A stretch of 64,000 nt of DNA from Trichoplax adhaerens (taxonomy: Eukaryota; Animalia; Placozoa): NCBI RefSeq assembly GCF_000150275.1, contig NW_002060945.1, positions 9,378,011 through 9,442,010 on the forward strand, read 5' to 3'. Position 1 is the stretch's first letter. Each line of letters begins with the position of its first letter. A model generated the notes under the pieces. The model had not been told where the DNA came from, did no database searches, and saw nothing but the letters and a program-made list of their open reading frames with translations. Position numbers and translations under genes: made by a program. This document shows positions 1 through 19,300 of this stretch, in pieces.

Positions 1-28
1 TATATTTAATTTTTTCTTTTCGGTTTAG

Positions 29-5498
<5,470 letters not shown>

Positions 5499-7819
5499 TA
5501 TTAAAGTTTGCAAGATTCTTGTTCGTTTTAAATCAAATATGAAAATTGAAAAAATCATTTTAATTTTTAATATATTAGTACTTATGTTTATATTTTACTG
5601 GCAACTATTCCAATGACATTCTGCCGAATGATATATAGTAGCATTCATGATTTCATTACCAAATAAGTTTTTACGGCAATTTCAATTGCACGGAAGGCAG
5701 TTATAATTTGCAGATGGTTTTATCACTGTGTCCACAGGGCATTGTCATATTTATTTAGCATCCTTGTATTTGTGTATCATATATTACAGATATTTTAGCT
5801 GACAAACGAATTTATTACCTTTTATTATGCATCTATCGTGTAGTTTTAAATTTCGAGAAGGATTTTTTGTTGGTTTTGAACTGTGTTAATTATAAGACAT
5901 AAGCAGTATGACAGAGAATATTACACTACAATAATGGATATCTTTCGTTGAGCTACAATGGAAATTTTTAAAACAATTGTTGGTGTACATTTCTAAATTA
6001 AGAAAATGATGAATAGTTATTAAATTAGCGATAACCGTTGAGCTCTTTATGTACAGCCTATACGTATTCTTCTGATGTGTATGGTTCAAATCACTGGAAG
6101 ACATTTATAAAATTGACATTTAAGGCTTAAAATCTGGCCTATCCTAATCGGCAATCAAAAATTTTTACCATTCTGTTAGATAAAAATTTGTCGATGAGCA
6201 TTACAGTAGATATCTTTGTACGGTGATCATTTATAGCCTATCCGTATTTGTAATAGCAACCGTTTATATGATAATCATGTTGTAAAAAATGATCTATACG
6301 TTTTTTATTTGTTTGGTTGAATATATAATATTGACGAAGTGAATTTTTCTGTACTTAATGAAAGTATTGTACTGTATTTACACTATTAAATGATGAAAGG
6401 AAAAGGATGGCGGTTCCTTTTACTTTACAATCATTTGATAACCTTATATAATAAAATGACTGGGTGTCGTATACGAACGAAACCTGTTTGATTCCTGCCT
6501 GCTCTGACATTGAAGAACTGTATAATGATAGTGAACATACTGTATGAACAGTTATATCGAAAATCATTTTATGTATTGTGTTATTTTACCGGCGATTCTG
6601 AAGAGATCTTATGAAATTTTACCTCATCCTAATCATTTAAATTTGAAATGATGGTCATGCAGCAGAATCGATGCCAGTGCTCTGAACACATCTTCTATCA
6701 GTTTAATATATTCTCCTACCATACTTCACAGTGTGCTATAAATGCAATCGCAATTAGCGTATTTAATGTTATGCTTTACATAAAGTCAACCTCTGTGAAA
6801 AGAATTTTTAGGATAGTTTATTTTTAAAAAATATACAGGTATGTTATCCCAGTATGCCTAGGGATCGAATGAATTAGTGAAATTAATAACTACTAAGGCA
6901 TGAAATAAATTTGGATAATAGGTATCAGTCAAAAATTAATATAATAAGTGAAATAGTAATAGATCAATGACGAAGTTATCGTCATCACTGTGATATTCAA
7001 ATACATTAATATAAAACATATCGCAATGTGTAAAAACCATATACTACTGTAATTTAGCATCAAATTCCGTGTTAATCGACTGCATCGTAACATAATGAAT
7101 TATATATCTGTATAATAGGTATAAGTAATATCATCAAAATCAACTTTCATTTCTGGGTAATAGTTTTGGAAATAATAAACATATTTAACTTAATTTGTGA
7201 TAATGTCCAATCTGAACTACCTTCATTTTTATCATTCACCATAGACTATATTAGGCGTACTATTGTATATATTCGTGGTGAGAGTTTTTACGCTGTGTAT
7301 TAACATATAAAATATGCAGATACCTGAATAAGCAATTCATTAGAGTATAATCATAATTCAGTACAGTAAGCTTGACAACCAGAAGAAGTAATTTATCACT
7401 GATATAATCAATAATATTATCTGAATCACCCAGTCAGACACTACAGAAACGCGCACGTATTTAACTGTAATACGTACTCGGCAAGAAATCATTGATCATT
7501 CGTAGCAGGTACATTTTTCAAGCCGGAATTATTAAGTTGACAATATATGAGTCATTTAAATTTTACAAACGCAGACATAAAATGCTATCTTAAATTTTTC
7601 TTTCCTCAATTAAGAATTGCAACTAAAGTAAGCCAATTATTAATAGAGTAGTCATGTTACGGTTGTGAACTAAATTTCATAATAAGATAGATAATTATTT
7701 AATAATTAATGCACAGTTACCGTATGACTGCTATGAAAGATACCAATTAGAATGGTTAATTTTAAGCTGCAATTTTTACGTCCAGCTATTTATTAATAAT
7801 CTCTCAGGTTGTAGAATTA

Positions 7820-10800
7820 CTATTCTAGAATTCGACCGATGAAAGCCATAAATCTTTCGGCGTATTGCTTATGGTTAACAGTTGTAATTTCAGCACCAGC
7901 CTTGAATTAGAAGAAACAATGATGATCAAATTTTATCAGTTAAGTTAACTACATGTCATACTCTATAATAAGCAAATTAGGTGATATATCAACTACAGGA
8001 TCGAAAGAGTACTACTATAACTTACTCCATGCTTTGCAGTTTTTGCCATATGAGCTGCCTTTTTACGAGCTCCGTACTGGGTTAAAACGTCCACAATAGC
8101 TAGATAGTAAATCTCTTGATTTGTACCTAATCAGAAATTTTAGACAAGTTTGCTATAAGTTTCATTCCATATAAAATGAAATGATTGCTAATACCATCAA
8201 GTTAATTTCTATCATAGCAAAAAAAAATCAATTATATCATGAAATACCAACTTACAAGTTGTTGAACAACTTATAGCGTAAACGTTATTATCGCACACTT
8301 CCGCAGGTGACGGACTTGCAGCTGGAGAATCATCTACATCATCACCATTCGTGTTTTCGTCGGAAGAACCATCAGCTTCATCTAAGCAGTCTTCCTCATC
8401 TTCATGATTTCTTTCCTTGAGGCCACGTTCAATATCGTGTATACCAAGTAATAAGCTATAATCCATAATTCTAAATTTTACTAAAAACTACAAAAAAACT
8501 GCAGTTAGAATTTATCCAATAGTTGATCTCAAATACGCATATATATCTATCTTAAAAATGGTAACTTTTATACGAGTGTAAGATAATGCAAGAATCATAC
8601 TTCTGTGTCTCTTGTTAGTATTTCCATGATCTTAGCATTTCTATCGTCGCCAATGTACAATTTACTTTGATCTTTGGTAAAGTCGTTATCTTTAAAAGTC
8701 GGTAATTCCTTCGCCTACATGTGTGTATATATGCACATAAATATAGTGATATCTAACTGGTCTTAGCCTATTCTATAATTCTGTAAAATATTTACTTTCT
8801 CAGGATGATTTTAAATAATGCTTTACTATAGCCCTCATATCTCATAATCTAAATGATCATTGATCTACACTCAGTACCCGCCATCCAACCTCGCATCCAC
8901 TTTTCAACGTTAATCTTTCAAACCGTAAAATAAGTCAAACACTATAAAATCAGACCACGACACGAGATTATCCGACAGGCTGAACAGTTCTCACCATAAG
9001 GCATCAAATTTTAATCATCGGGCAATAATACGAATATCACTCTCACAAAATACACAAAACTAGACTTATTATAGGCGCAATAAATTTAGCAACTGCCTTT
9101 GACCTAAGATTGTGACAGGCACACTTCAAATGTTGTAAACTACACATCTTTTACAGACCTTTTCTTCGTTTCGAGCTACTCTTCCTACACTGGAACCTTT
9201 CAAGTCGTATTTCTTGTGGGGAGGATACATTGCGCTAAAAACGCTTCTCATAACGATTAAGTAATTTTCCTTATGATTGATTGTGATCCGATACATACCA
9301 AGATATTGGGGTAGAAGCGTAACACCTTTATTTTCGATAATATACTATAAAAAAATATGGAAACGCTTTCATTTCTTTGCAGACTAAGAATGATAGCCTT
9401 TGTAAATAATTATATAGTATGTTTTTATTAATCATTACAAAAAACATCGTTATCATTTCTATTGTCGTATAACTATGAGCTATAAGAGAACAAAAAATGA
9501 TTTAAAATATTATCTCTAATATATCAAATTAACAATGTCTACTAGAGAGAGTTGAGAAACTATGGTATACCTTGCTTAGCATTTAAACTGTAAAATCATA
9601 GATTCTCCATTTAATTTATTGAGAAATAAATACCTGGTGATAACCTTGTAGGATGAGGTGCATAGTTTCAACATCATAAGAATCAATAGTTTTAACCACA
9701 TACTGCTTATCGCGTGATACAAAGAATTTTCCACTGTCACCATATTGCATGAGAGGCGAAAAAGCTATAGATTGCTAATAATTGTATAATATAAAAAAAG
9801 AAATAAAATTATTAAATAGAAGTTTTTGTCACAGTTTAATAAGAAGTAATACCTGTAAATTATACTAATTAGCTCGTACAGCATTGAGTACACTTTAGCA
9901 ATACTTCACAATCAATCAATCAATAGAATAAAAAATAGCTACAATTGCCTTGACTTACTTTAAATTGTTCATCGTCAATATCGAAGCATTCCCGTAACTT
10001 CTTAAATACTTTAGGACAATACTCTTTATATTTAAAATGACCTGGAAGAGTTTCCCTGCAATAAAGTTATAAAATAATTACTTTGGTCACAGTATGAACA
10101 ACGCTAAGTTGATCATAACGCTTACAAGCTATCACAAAATTGAACTGATGTAACAGAAATAAGTGTTATTTTGTATACTCGTATGTGAGAATAGTAGTAA
10201 CAGTTTCCTAAATTCTGCAGTGAGAACAACTGTATAGTACAGTATGTTCAAAAGACAGACTAACACAGGTACACGTACATATACAAGATATAAAAAAAAA
10301 AAGTAGTCTACTATACACTAATAGACATAAGGTAGTATGTGTTTAAAATTATTTGTATGTCAGACTTTACGTCTTAAGGTACAAGATATCATTTTATGTC
10401 GCATAAATTACTGTATAATATATCTCATAGAGGAGAGTCGAATATTTCATTTTTTACATTTTCACTAGCAGAAGCTTAATTGTTATTTCAAGAGCAGGTG
10501 AAAGCAAGTTAAACTGTATTTTCTATTCCCTATTCAAAACGGTAAATAATAAATTACTACTAAAATTGTCTATATCTATTAATTAGCTTATAAGATTAAT
10601 GCTATACTGGAGAAAGCAATATGAAAATACAATCATTTTTCCTAATTCTAAAGATACGAACATATATATGTACAAGAACTTCTGGGATATTTATGTTACT
10701 CTAATATCTAAAATATATATCATTAAAAAACTAATTTTATTGCTACATTGCAAGCAATAATTTCCTATTATTTTAATTATAAAACTAATCCAAAATGTAA

Positions 10801-13800
10801 TCATAAAAATTAATGTTACCGTATACCGGGTTGATGCTGTTTGCATTTCGGAAATTTACGTGCTAATATTACGCACAGAATTAGCTCATTAATTATATAT
10901 TATCAGTTGGGATCGATCATTCCTCATTTATACTTATAAAAAATACCAAAAGAGAAGTTTATCTCTTGGTTATGTTAACATATTCTTACATTACAGTAAG
11001 TCATCTAGAAAACTATCACCCGTATTTTTTTGTTGCAAATATTAATTAATAACTGAATATGAATCATTATTAATTATAATTAATTACGACTGCTTAGCAA
11101 TTTATTTTCTACGGAGAATTTGGTCATTTATACGTAAATAAAGGTTGCGTATACACTGTAGATCAGCTGCTAGGAGTTCTAATGTACTGAGTACAGTATA
11201 CCATTGTGCAGCAAGGCTGCGGTGTATCGTACTACAGCATTATATTATATTTATTAAGATACTATTAGCATCTTGCTCACAATCGTAATATGGTTCTACT
11301 ATTACGAAATCCGTCGTTAAAATCAATAAAGGATATTTAAAATTCATCAAGTGTTACGTATGCCTAAACGTATTGCAGAATACAAATTTTTTAGTCATAA
11401 ATTGTTCACTTAAAATATCGCAATAGTTGAGCATCATTGACGACACACCGTACAGTATTGTACAGTACATACTATTGTTGTTTTAGAAGTTATTTTTGCA
11501 ATACTGCAATACATTTCACCGTTACATTGATCAACAACATTATAAATACAATAGTGAAAATATATCGTAGTAAATCAACAGCTTCGACTGATCCAGTAAA
11601 ATTACCAGTATCGTTTCTATCGACTATATATTTTTAATTATATAGATAATTATGTACAACTGTAAAAACATTTTAACAATACCATTCTTCTACTTTGTAA
11701 CATCAGTGAATATGAGAGAATCATCATTTGCCGTTGAAGCAATATTGTAACATAGCAGGTGCAGCAGGGTACACTGTACAGTGAACAGCCTATTACCCGT
11801 GTTTATGCATCATTAAAAGGTTATTAAATACTGTATAACTTGCAGAGTATCTTTGTAACATTTTTCAACTTTATACGTATAAACTTGCATACGATGATAT
11901 CAGTTTACTGTTAGTTAAATAGATGCATGATCCTGTAGGATTTACTTGGTGACAACAGCGACAATCTTTTGATTTTAATTGACTTGTCAACTAATACAGT
12001 AAATCACTGCGGTCTACACCAGAGTTGGGATACAGAGGAAAATTAGCGCAATGTTATTTCGCCCAGCATGGGACTGTAAAGTAGATGAATTCACCGTTGA
12101 AAAAATATATATTAATAATAAAAAATAATAAATATGCTGTACGTATACAATAATACTGCCCGTATTCTTGCATACGTACAGTACGGTAGATATAATATTT
12201 TACAATATTGCTAACCCTGATAATAATAATACTGTAGTAATATTAGCGTACCTATTAAATTCAATAAAAACGTAAAAATTTCAAAATATCGGCTGTGTTT
12301 GAGTTGTATTATGAATCTGTTGATGTCCTCCGCAATTCTTTGTTTGAAAATCATTCCTGTAAAACCGTTTATAAACGATGTATTCGAGTAGATAGTCAAA
12401 TACTGTGTCAAAACGAAATTGCGAGTACTTTTTTACTGTACAGTACTGCATATGTGCTACTTTTAACGCTATAGTAAATTTGCATTGTAGTAATTTACTA
12501 TACAGCAATTTCAGTTTGATGTTCAGGGTATCAAAAAAAAATTATACACTGACTACATCATTATCGAGTTAATACGTTATTTACCCATAAGTTCATGTTT
12601 TTAAGAACGGCAGTTTCTTTTCAGCTTTTTGATTCTTAGTGACAGTAAAATTGCTAGTTTAGCAGTTGTGAGACAAGACCCAATGCCTCCAATTAAGTAA
12701 GATTGTCAGCAGTGATATGGACTTTTTAAGATAAAAATATCGTATATTTATAAAATTTAAGATAGTAACAAACTGATTGACTTAGTAGCCAATGGTAAGA
12801 AGTTGTCACGTAATGTAGCTACAGACTACAGAACGTATCACATTTGGTGTGGAAGTCTGCAACTAGAGCACACAATAAGTATGATTGTTTTTACGTGCTA
12901 TTCAATCAATTTTATTACCCTATACAGTACTGTAATCCCAGTATAACCATCGCCAGGTGTACGTAAAATACAGTAGTGATTTGATAATGTGAGCAAGGAC
13001 TAAATCTAGTCCTGATGAACCGTAAAGAAATCAAATATGAATAGTTTAGGTACATGATATGATGATAGTCAATGTCGAAAAGTATTTAATTAGAGCTCAT
13101 ACTGTTATAAAGTACCTGTCGGTGAGTTTGTCTATCCAAAATAATCATGATTTAGCTATTGTAATATCATGAATTGATGACAACGTACTGTACATATATA
13201 CTCATACAAATGTACAGTGTACAGTATATTAATTTCGATATCTACGCATCTATGAATATAGGACAAGATAGGCACGTATCCGACTGAACAAAACAGCATC
13301 ACGCGAGTACCTATGGTTGATTTGCATGGAGAAATTGGATCGATACAAAATACAGTGCTAGATGTCCTGTAACATTTTGATCAACAATTGTAGGTAATCA
13401 CTAGATTGCCAAGCCTAACTACTTACATCACTAATCATTTTATTTTTTCACGGATGGAAGAAAACGTACTGTACACATTATAAAGAATATTTAAGAAAAA
13501 CAAATACCGTAATTGATTTTATAGAAAGTCAGAATTGCTATCATTCGTTGGTCTTTCAAATACCAAAACAAATCGATTGACATAACAAATAAGATAAAAT
13601 TGCAGTTGTTATATGGTGCTTGGAAATCATAATTGAAATCTTTTTTCAACTTGAAAAAAATAATTTGTTTCGTCTGTTTTTGTAATGTTTTTTAACTTAC
13701 TCGTTAAAGTAATAATTTTCCACCTTGGTTTTACTATAGGCTTTGAAGTCACCAGGTAGTAACATGACCGGCATTTCAACATGAGATAATTGTTCAATCT

Positions 13801-14970
13801 GGCATTTGTCAACAGTTATTTTTTATTTTTTTTTTTAATTTTGATTTTCATGACATCACCACGTTGATGGATACCGATTTAGAAATTAAATGTTGGGATA
13901 CAGAATTCGGCGATTTTTCAGAGGTGGTTACATCGTTGTGTCCACGTTGATATTAAGAGAGAGAAAGATAAAAAGAAAACTATCAGAAAATGTCAACTTA
14001 GCAATCAAGCTATTGGAATAAATAATGCTTCTATGTATTGGACTGTAGTTGATATCAGGGGGGGGGGGGGCGATCGATCGACAGACAGATACTGACTACT
14101 ATACGGTAACAGGTTTAATGTTATGTTTGTAAAGAAGAGGAGAGGATAGGATTGAGTTGGATGTAATTTCATTGACTATATTCACTGCCAACTACAGTAC
14201 TGCTATCGTCGGTAATAAGCACATGATCCAAAAGTACAGGATCAAGAAAGAGAGAAAAAGGCTAGGATATGATATCGAATCATTGCCATGGGCATCTTTG
14301 TTGGTAATTGATTAATTAATATGTATCTGTACTAAGTCTAGATAGAGTACGTTGGGCATTCAATGGGATCATTAACCCTACAGTAAAGTAATGGTGACTG
14401 TATAAAGACTTGTGACTCTATTGACATTTTTCTGCCGTTTCAGTGTTCAATCGTTCTTTTCAATCTAGCGTCAGAGGGAGAAAAAAGAAGTGATTTTCCA
14501 GTAGTTTCTCAAAAGGAGAAGATCGAAATGTTTTCGAACGACGGCAGCACGAGGCATTGCGATACCTGTATGGAGTAATTCTATGGTAATTGGCGCAGCC
14601 CCGTGGCCACTGCGCGTTGTTGAAAAGTGACTAACTAGATTGAGAGTGCGTATCCAGCAGCTCGTGCAGTCGATGGTGAAAAAAGTGAACGACCTACTAG
14701 ACTATACTAAATGGCTTGTACAACATGCTACTGGTTCAACTTTTTATCGTATCATTCCTTTGATAGACTAGGACTAGAAAGTAGAGCAAATAGCATTATG
14801 TCAAAAAACAGCAATAAGCAAAGATAATATCGACTTACAGAATAATTTAATCCCCACATAAAGACTGAGAGTAATTTGTTCTCCGAGCGAAACAATTTTA
14901 ATTTTTGCTTGACAGGTTTAATTTTTTTGACAGATTTACTTTTCTTCTTATTCACGGGCTTGGAAGACAT
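7820..14970 (-). CDS. PIP4K2: Phosphatidylinositol 5-phosphate 4-kinase type II, ~9 exons
   Basis: Exons: 14839-14970 ([22 protein letters not shown]), 13701-13798 ([20 protein letters not shown]), ~9959-10055 ([12 protein letters not shown]), ~9635-9775, ~9159-9345 ([10 protein letters not shown]...KYDLKGS), ~8601-8714 ([10 protein letters not shown]), ~8255-8487 ([11 protein letters not shown]), ~8027-8125 ([25 protein letters not shown]), 7820-7900 (AGAEITTV...). The KKAAH..KHGAGAEI activation loop is diagnostic of type II. Confidence 0.93.
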
Positions 14971-15254
14971 TTTCAATTCCTTTTCCTGTAATTGCTGCTA
15001 GCAATAACGTGTCAAAGATCTCCTTTTCCTTTCCAACAGGCCAAGCTAGGATCGATTTGCTAACCTATTTCTTGACTGCAATTTTCTCACTCCGTCTTAT
15101 CAATGTGGACTCCAGTCAATTTGTCATACTTCACTGACTCAGCGAAGTCCTTTTGACTGCTGTCCAAAGGGGAGATGAAGTGCAGTAGAACTTGAAGTGC
15201 TTGCTACACACCCGATTGGGTGTGAGGTACTCGCTTCACGCGCTGCATCCGTTC

Positions 15255-15600
15255 TGACTGTACTGTATACTACACGGTATTTGGTAAAACGTGTCAAGTG
15301 TGATAAACGTACGTACCACAATGGTATCACCCGTGCTAGTATCGTACCGTACAGTACAGTACAGTACAGTGCACAGTGGTGCTTCATACTGTAGGTAGGT
15401 ACTGTACAATCAGTGCACAGTCCAGTCCAGTATTAGTCATGCTGTACTGTACTGTAAAAATACCGTCCAAGTACTGTATGGTAAGCCAAGCGTTAGTAGC
15501 CTTGAAACCGTATACTGTATATTATACTGTACTGTATACTGTATTATACACAGTACTGTAGACGTTAACAGCGACTTTTAGAGTACTGTACTGTAATTGG
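15255..15600. promoter_or_regulatory. CTGTA/TACAG-rich array in the divergent PIP4K2-ZSWIM2 intergenic region
   Basis: For example GTACAGTACAGTACAGTACAGT (~15348-15370) and TACTGTACTGTATACTGTA (~15525-15543). The regulatory role is inferred from position only. Confidence 0.5.
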
Positions 15601-15653
15601 AGAGTCAGCTGACTGTGCTAAGGATGATGAAGGATGATTGTGTTGTATCCCTG

Positions 15654-15667
15654 GTTGCCAATGCAAC
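15654..15667. promoter_or_regulatory. Candidate X-box upstream of ZSWIM2
   Basis: GTTGCC-AA-TGCAAC; a second half-site-perfect motif CAAACCATGACAAC lies at 15972-15985. Confidence 0.38.
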
Positions 15668-16313
15668 CAAACAAATTTGATCAATGGCTCTCCTACACGC
15701 CTTTCTCCAGCATTCCCCATGGCAGTATACTGTATACTCCAGCATATTGCAGGAGCAATTGCATATCACAGTATGAACTAACAACACCAACGATGACGTG
15801 ACTTGCAAATGATGACAACCGTACCAATGACACTGCTAGTAGCAGTGACGGCCCAAGTTACGGTCAGCCCAACATTCAACTCACACTCGACTTTGGTTGA
15901 TACCCCATTGGATCGACACTACTACGCGCACGTCAGTAAGAAGTGATTGACACTCAGCCATTCTATATTAACAAACCATGACAACCGGCCATCTTGGCCG
16001 AACATGAGCCTAAGATGGTTTAAGAGATCAATTTCTCATCCCTTCTAGCAATATCCTACTGTTGCTCTTCTTCACCACACGATAGACAACTAGAGTATTG
16101 ATAGAGACTGCATTCATGGAATAAATGGAAAGAGAGAATGAATTCATTCCATGCCCAATTGCCTATTCAATAGAATTGCTACTCTTATGACGACCCTTTA
16201 GTCTCGCTCTTATGTCATAAACTACGTAGACATCGATCTGTTATTACTAGCCTTGAAAACAAAATATTTTAACTTGCTACCTTAATCCATTTTGAAATTA
16301 ACTCAACTCAGCC

Positions 16314-19300
16314 ATGTCCAGGCGTCGACCATGGCGACGTCTATGCCCCGATGTAGTCGATCAACGAATCAATCAAGCGATGCAAGCTACAATTTATATC
16401 GTTCATCAAACTGGACCAACAGGTTTCGTTATTAAAGAGGATGCAAGTGATCGAAAATATAAGGTATAAATTGCCCTTCATTTCACTCAAGATCAAGTAT
16501 TGCACAATTGTTAAATAACAATATCTTATTTATACAAATACAAAATTTCTCCAAACTAAAGTATACGTAAACGTATAGTATACTGTACACTTTAATAGTA
16601 TATTTACAAGTCCAGAAAGTAGAAACACACACAGTATCACAAGTGCAATAATCAATAATTATTCATAGAAGCAGTAAAAGTACAGTAGAATTGACGGCTA
16701 CGCAGGTTGGTAATATGATATACTGTGAACTACCCAACAGTAAATTATGACAGTACAATACGCCAGCGAACTCAAATAATCTACTTTCCAAACAAGTACT
16801 GGGTGTAAAGTATCACTGGCATAGGCTCGACTTGTAATAAGTGTTAATATTGTATATTAATAGCAATGATCATTACGAAGTACCAACCAAAGAATAGTTT
16901 AATAACGAGAGATATTGATCGCTTACTTATAGGTATCACTAGGGGAAGAACATTCATGCACTTGTAGGACATTTGAAAAAGAGAAAGAACTCTGTATCCA
17001 TATATTATGGTTTGTGCTACTGATGATAATGGTTCTTACTGACTGCATTTTTCCCTCTTCTTAATCGATCATTGTAAATGATACCCATAAAAATTATATA
17101 CTTATACCTCCAGATAGATTGCTTATTAGATAAACTTGTTAGTCTACATCAACTTCATTTGGATAGAAAAAAAACTCTTGCAGCACAGTGATCTATACGA
17201 AAGAAGATTTCACGCACTGATACCATAGAATATTAATATAAATTAGACTGCAAGATAAAAAGAAAAGTTATATTAATATTATTACACAGTACATTAGTCA
17301 TTGGTTAGTGTTAAGCGTCAGGTAAAATTCGTATACAGAAAGTACAGTGTAATATATTACGATTTTGAAATACTCAGTTATTTCATTACCTCAATCAGAT
17401 GTATACTTATATACAAATAATATTACAGTCCGGAATTGATCACAAACCAGTAGGATATTGCATCATAACTTCTTATGCGATGCTAATGTCCTTTCCCTAT
17501 ATACACTATATTGTGTTTAATAATAAACAAAATAGATCTGCTTAAACCATATTATAGTAACATCCAATGAGCAATGTCTTACATGTATAGACGTTTTACA
17601 AGTCGAGTATTTAGCTTCTTTTAAGCGTTTTATTCTTTATATATTCACAGGTTGCTGATACGAAAATTTCGTATTCCTAAAGAAAATCCTAGTAAGTTAC
17701 AAATCATTCACTACTTACGTATACTACTATTGACAATGGATGAATACCTATAGCCTTTCTATTTTAATAATAATTCATTATCTAGCGAGCATTCAGCGAT
17801 TACTTATGTATGTGTGCTGTTATAGTTGCATTTCAGTTGTCCTTGGTAGAAAGAGAAATTAATGAAATTTTAAGAGGAACTCATGTCTATACCAATACCA
17901 GTAGTAGTAATAAAGACAAAAAACTAGTAAATGATACCGATGATAAAAGAAAAACTATACAGCAACGTGAAATAACCAAAGAAGATGTCTGCCCAATTTG
18001 TCAAGAAGAGCTACTCGATACATCTGAACCTGTAACATATTGCAAGTATGGATGCTCTATCTATATTTGTATAATAACTTTCAACGTAACCACGGATACC
18101 TGTACTGCTCATTGATAAATTATTCTCATTTGGGTACATCTTGATAAATAGATACGGTTGTGGTAATAATACCCATATTAAATGTATTAAGATATGGGCA
18201 GAACATCAAAAAACAGTTGGTGAAGCAACAATCAAATGTCCACTTTGTAGAGAAGATTTTGGTTCTTTACAGGTACTTACTGGTGCTATTCAATTTTTCA
18301 GTTTCACATACAAACATAAATATAACTTGTATCATTTTATTGTTATTGTTTATTGTGTGCTTTAAAGACTCGTAAAGTACGGTCAGCTCAGTTACAAAAA
18401 TAATAAATTTCATATTACAGTATATCAAAATTACATATAATTTAAAAATTGTTCACAGTATTCAAAAATTTGCTTTATGGTTGCTATACGTTCTGCAATG
18501 TCATATCAATATACTGTTAACTAGCCTAATTGATATGCTGTCATCCCTTCTAGGCCATTAAGGAAGAAATGCGTCAATCATCGAAACTTAAAACCAGAGC
18601 TCAAAGAGGAAATTTCCATCTAGGTGTTACATGCAATAATTGTCGTCAATGTCCAATTGCAGGAAACTGTTATAGGTAAATTTCTAATTGATTATAATCT
18701 AGAAATTGCATTAAAAGTGGTTTTCAATACGTGACTGATAAGTCTATAAGAACTTAAATGATGCTAATTATCACACTTTAACTTATAGATGTGCAATCTG
18801 CTACGACTACAATCTATGTCATGCATGCTATGCGCAACAAATTCACAGTCAGCATTCCTTTAACTATAGAGAGGTAAATTAATTGATCACCGTTATAATA
18901 CTGCTTGATGTTAATACCTACACAAATATAGTATTGTCATATCTAGTATGCTAAAAGGGGAGACCAGCTGATAAATAACTTGTTGCTAAATTTATGCTTA
19001 TCCAGAAAAGTTCGCAACGCTGGAAACAAGCTCCACGAATAACTGGACAAACATTACCGGATGCAGTTATTGCTGACTTAGTTAACCGTGAAATTGAGAA
19101 TGAAGATTATGAATTATTGCTACAGTTAGATAGGTAACGATAATAAAATTGACAGCCTTAATTTATTAAAAAATAATCTTACATTAAATGAAATGGATTA
19201 CATAATTAATTAGTACCAACGACACATTCTGACATTATCAAATTTTTATAATTAACGACTTTCTTAACTTTGAATATCGTACAACCCCAAAACTTTAGTG

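Noticed and set aside
14057-14069. Poly-G run (also a T-run/G-run near 42549-42568) as G-quadruplex element
   Set aside because: Isolated homopolymers with no supporting context.
15139-15561. Overlapping TVLY/STVQ-rich ORFs
   Set aside because: By-products of stop-poor CTGTA/TACAG arrays.
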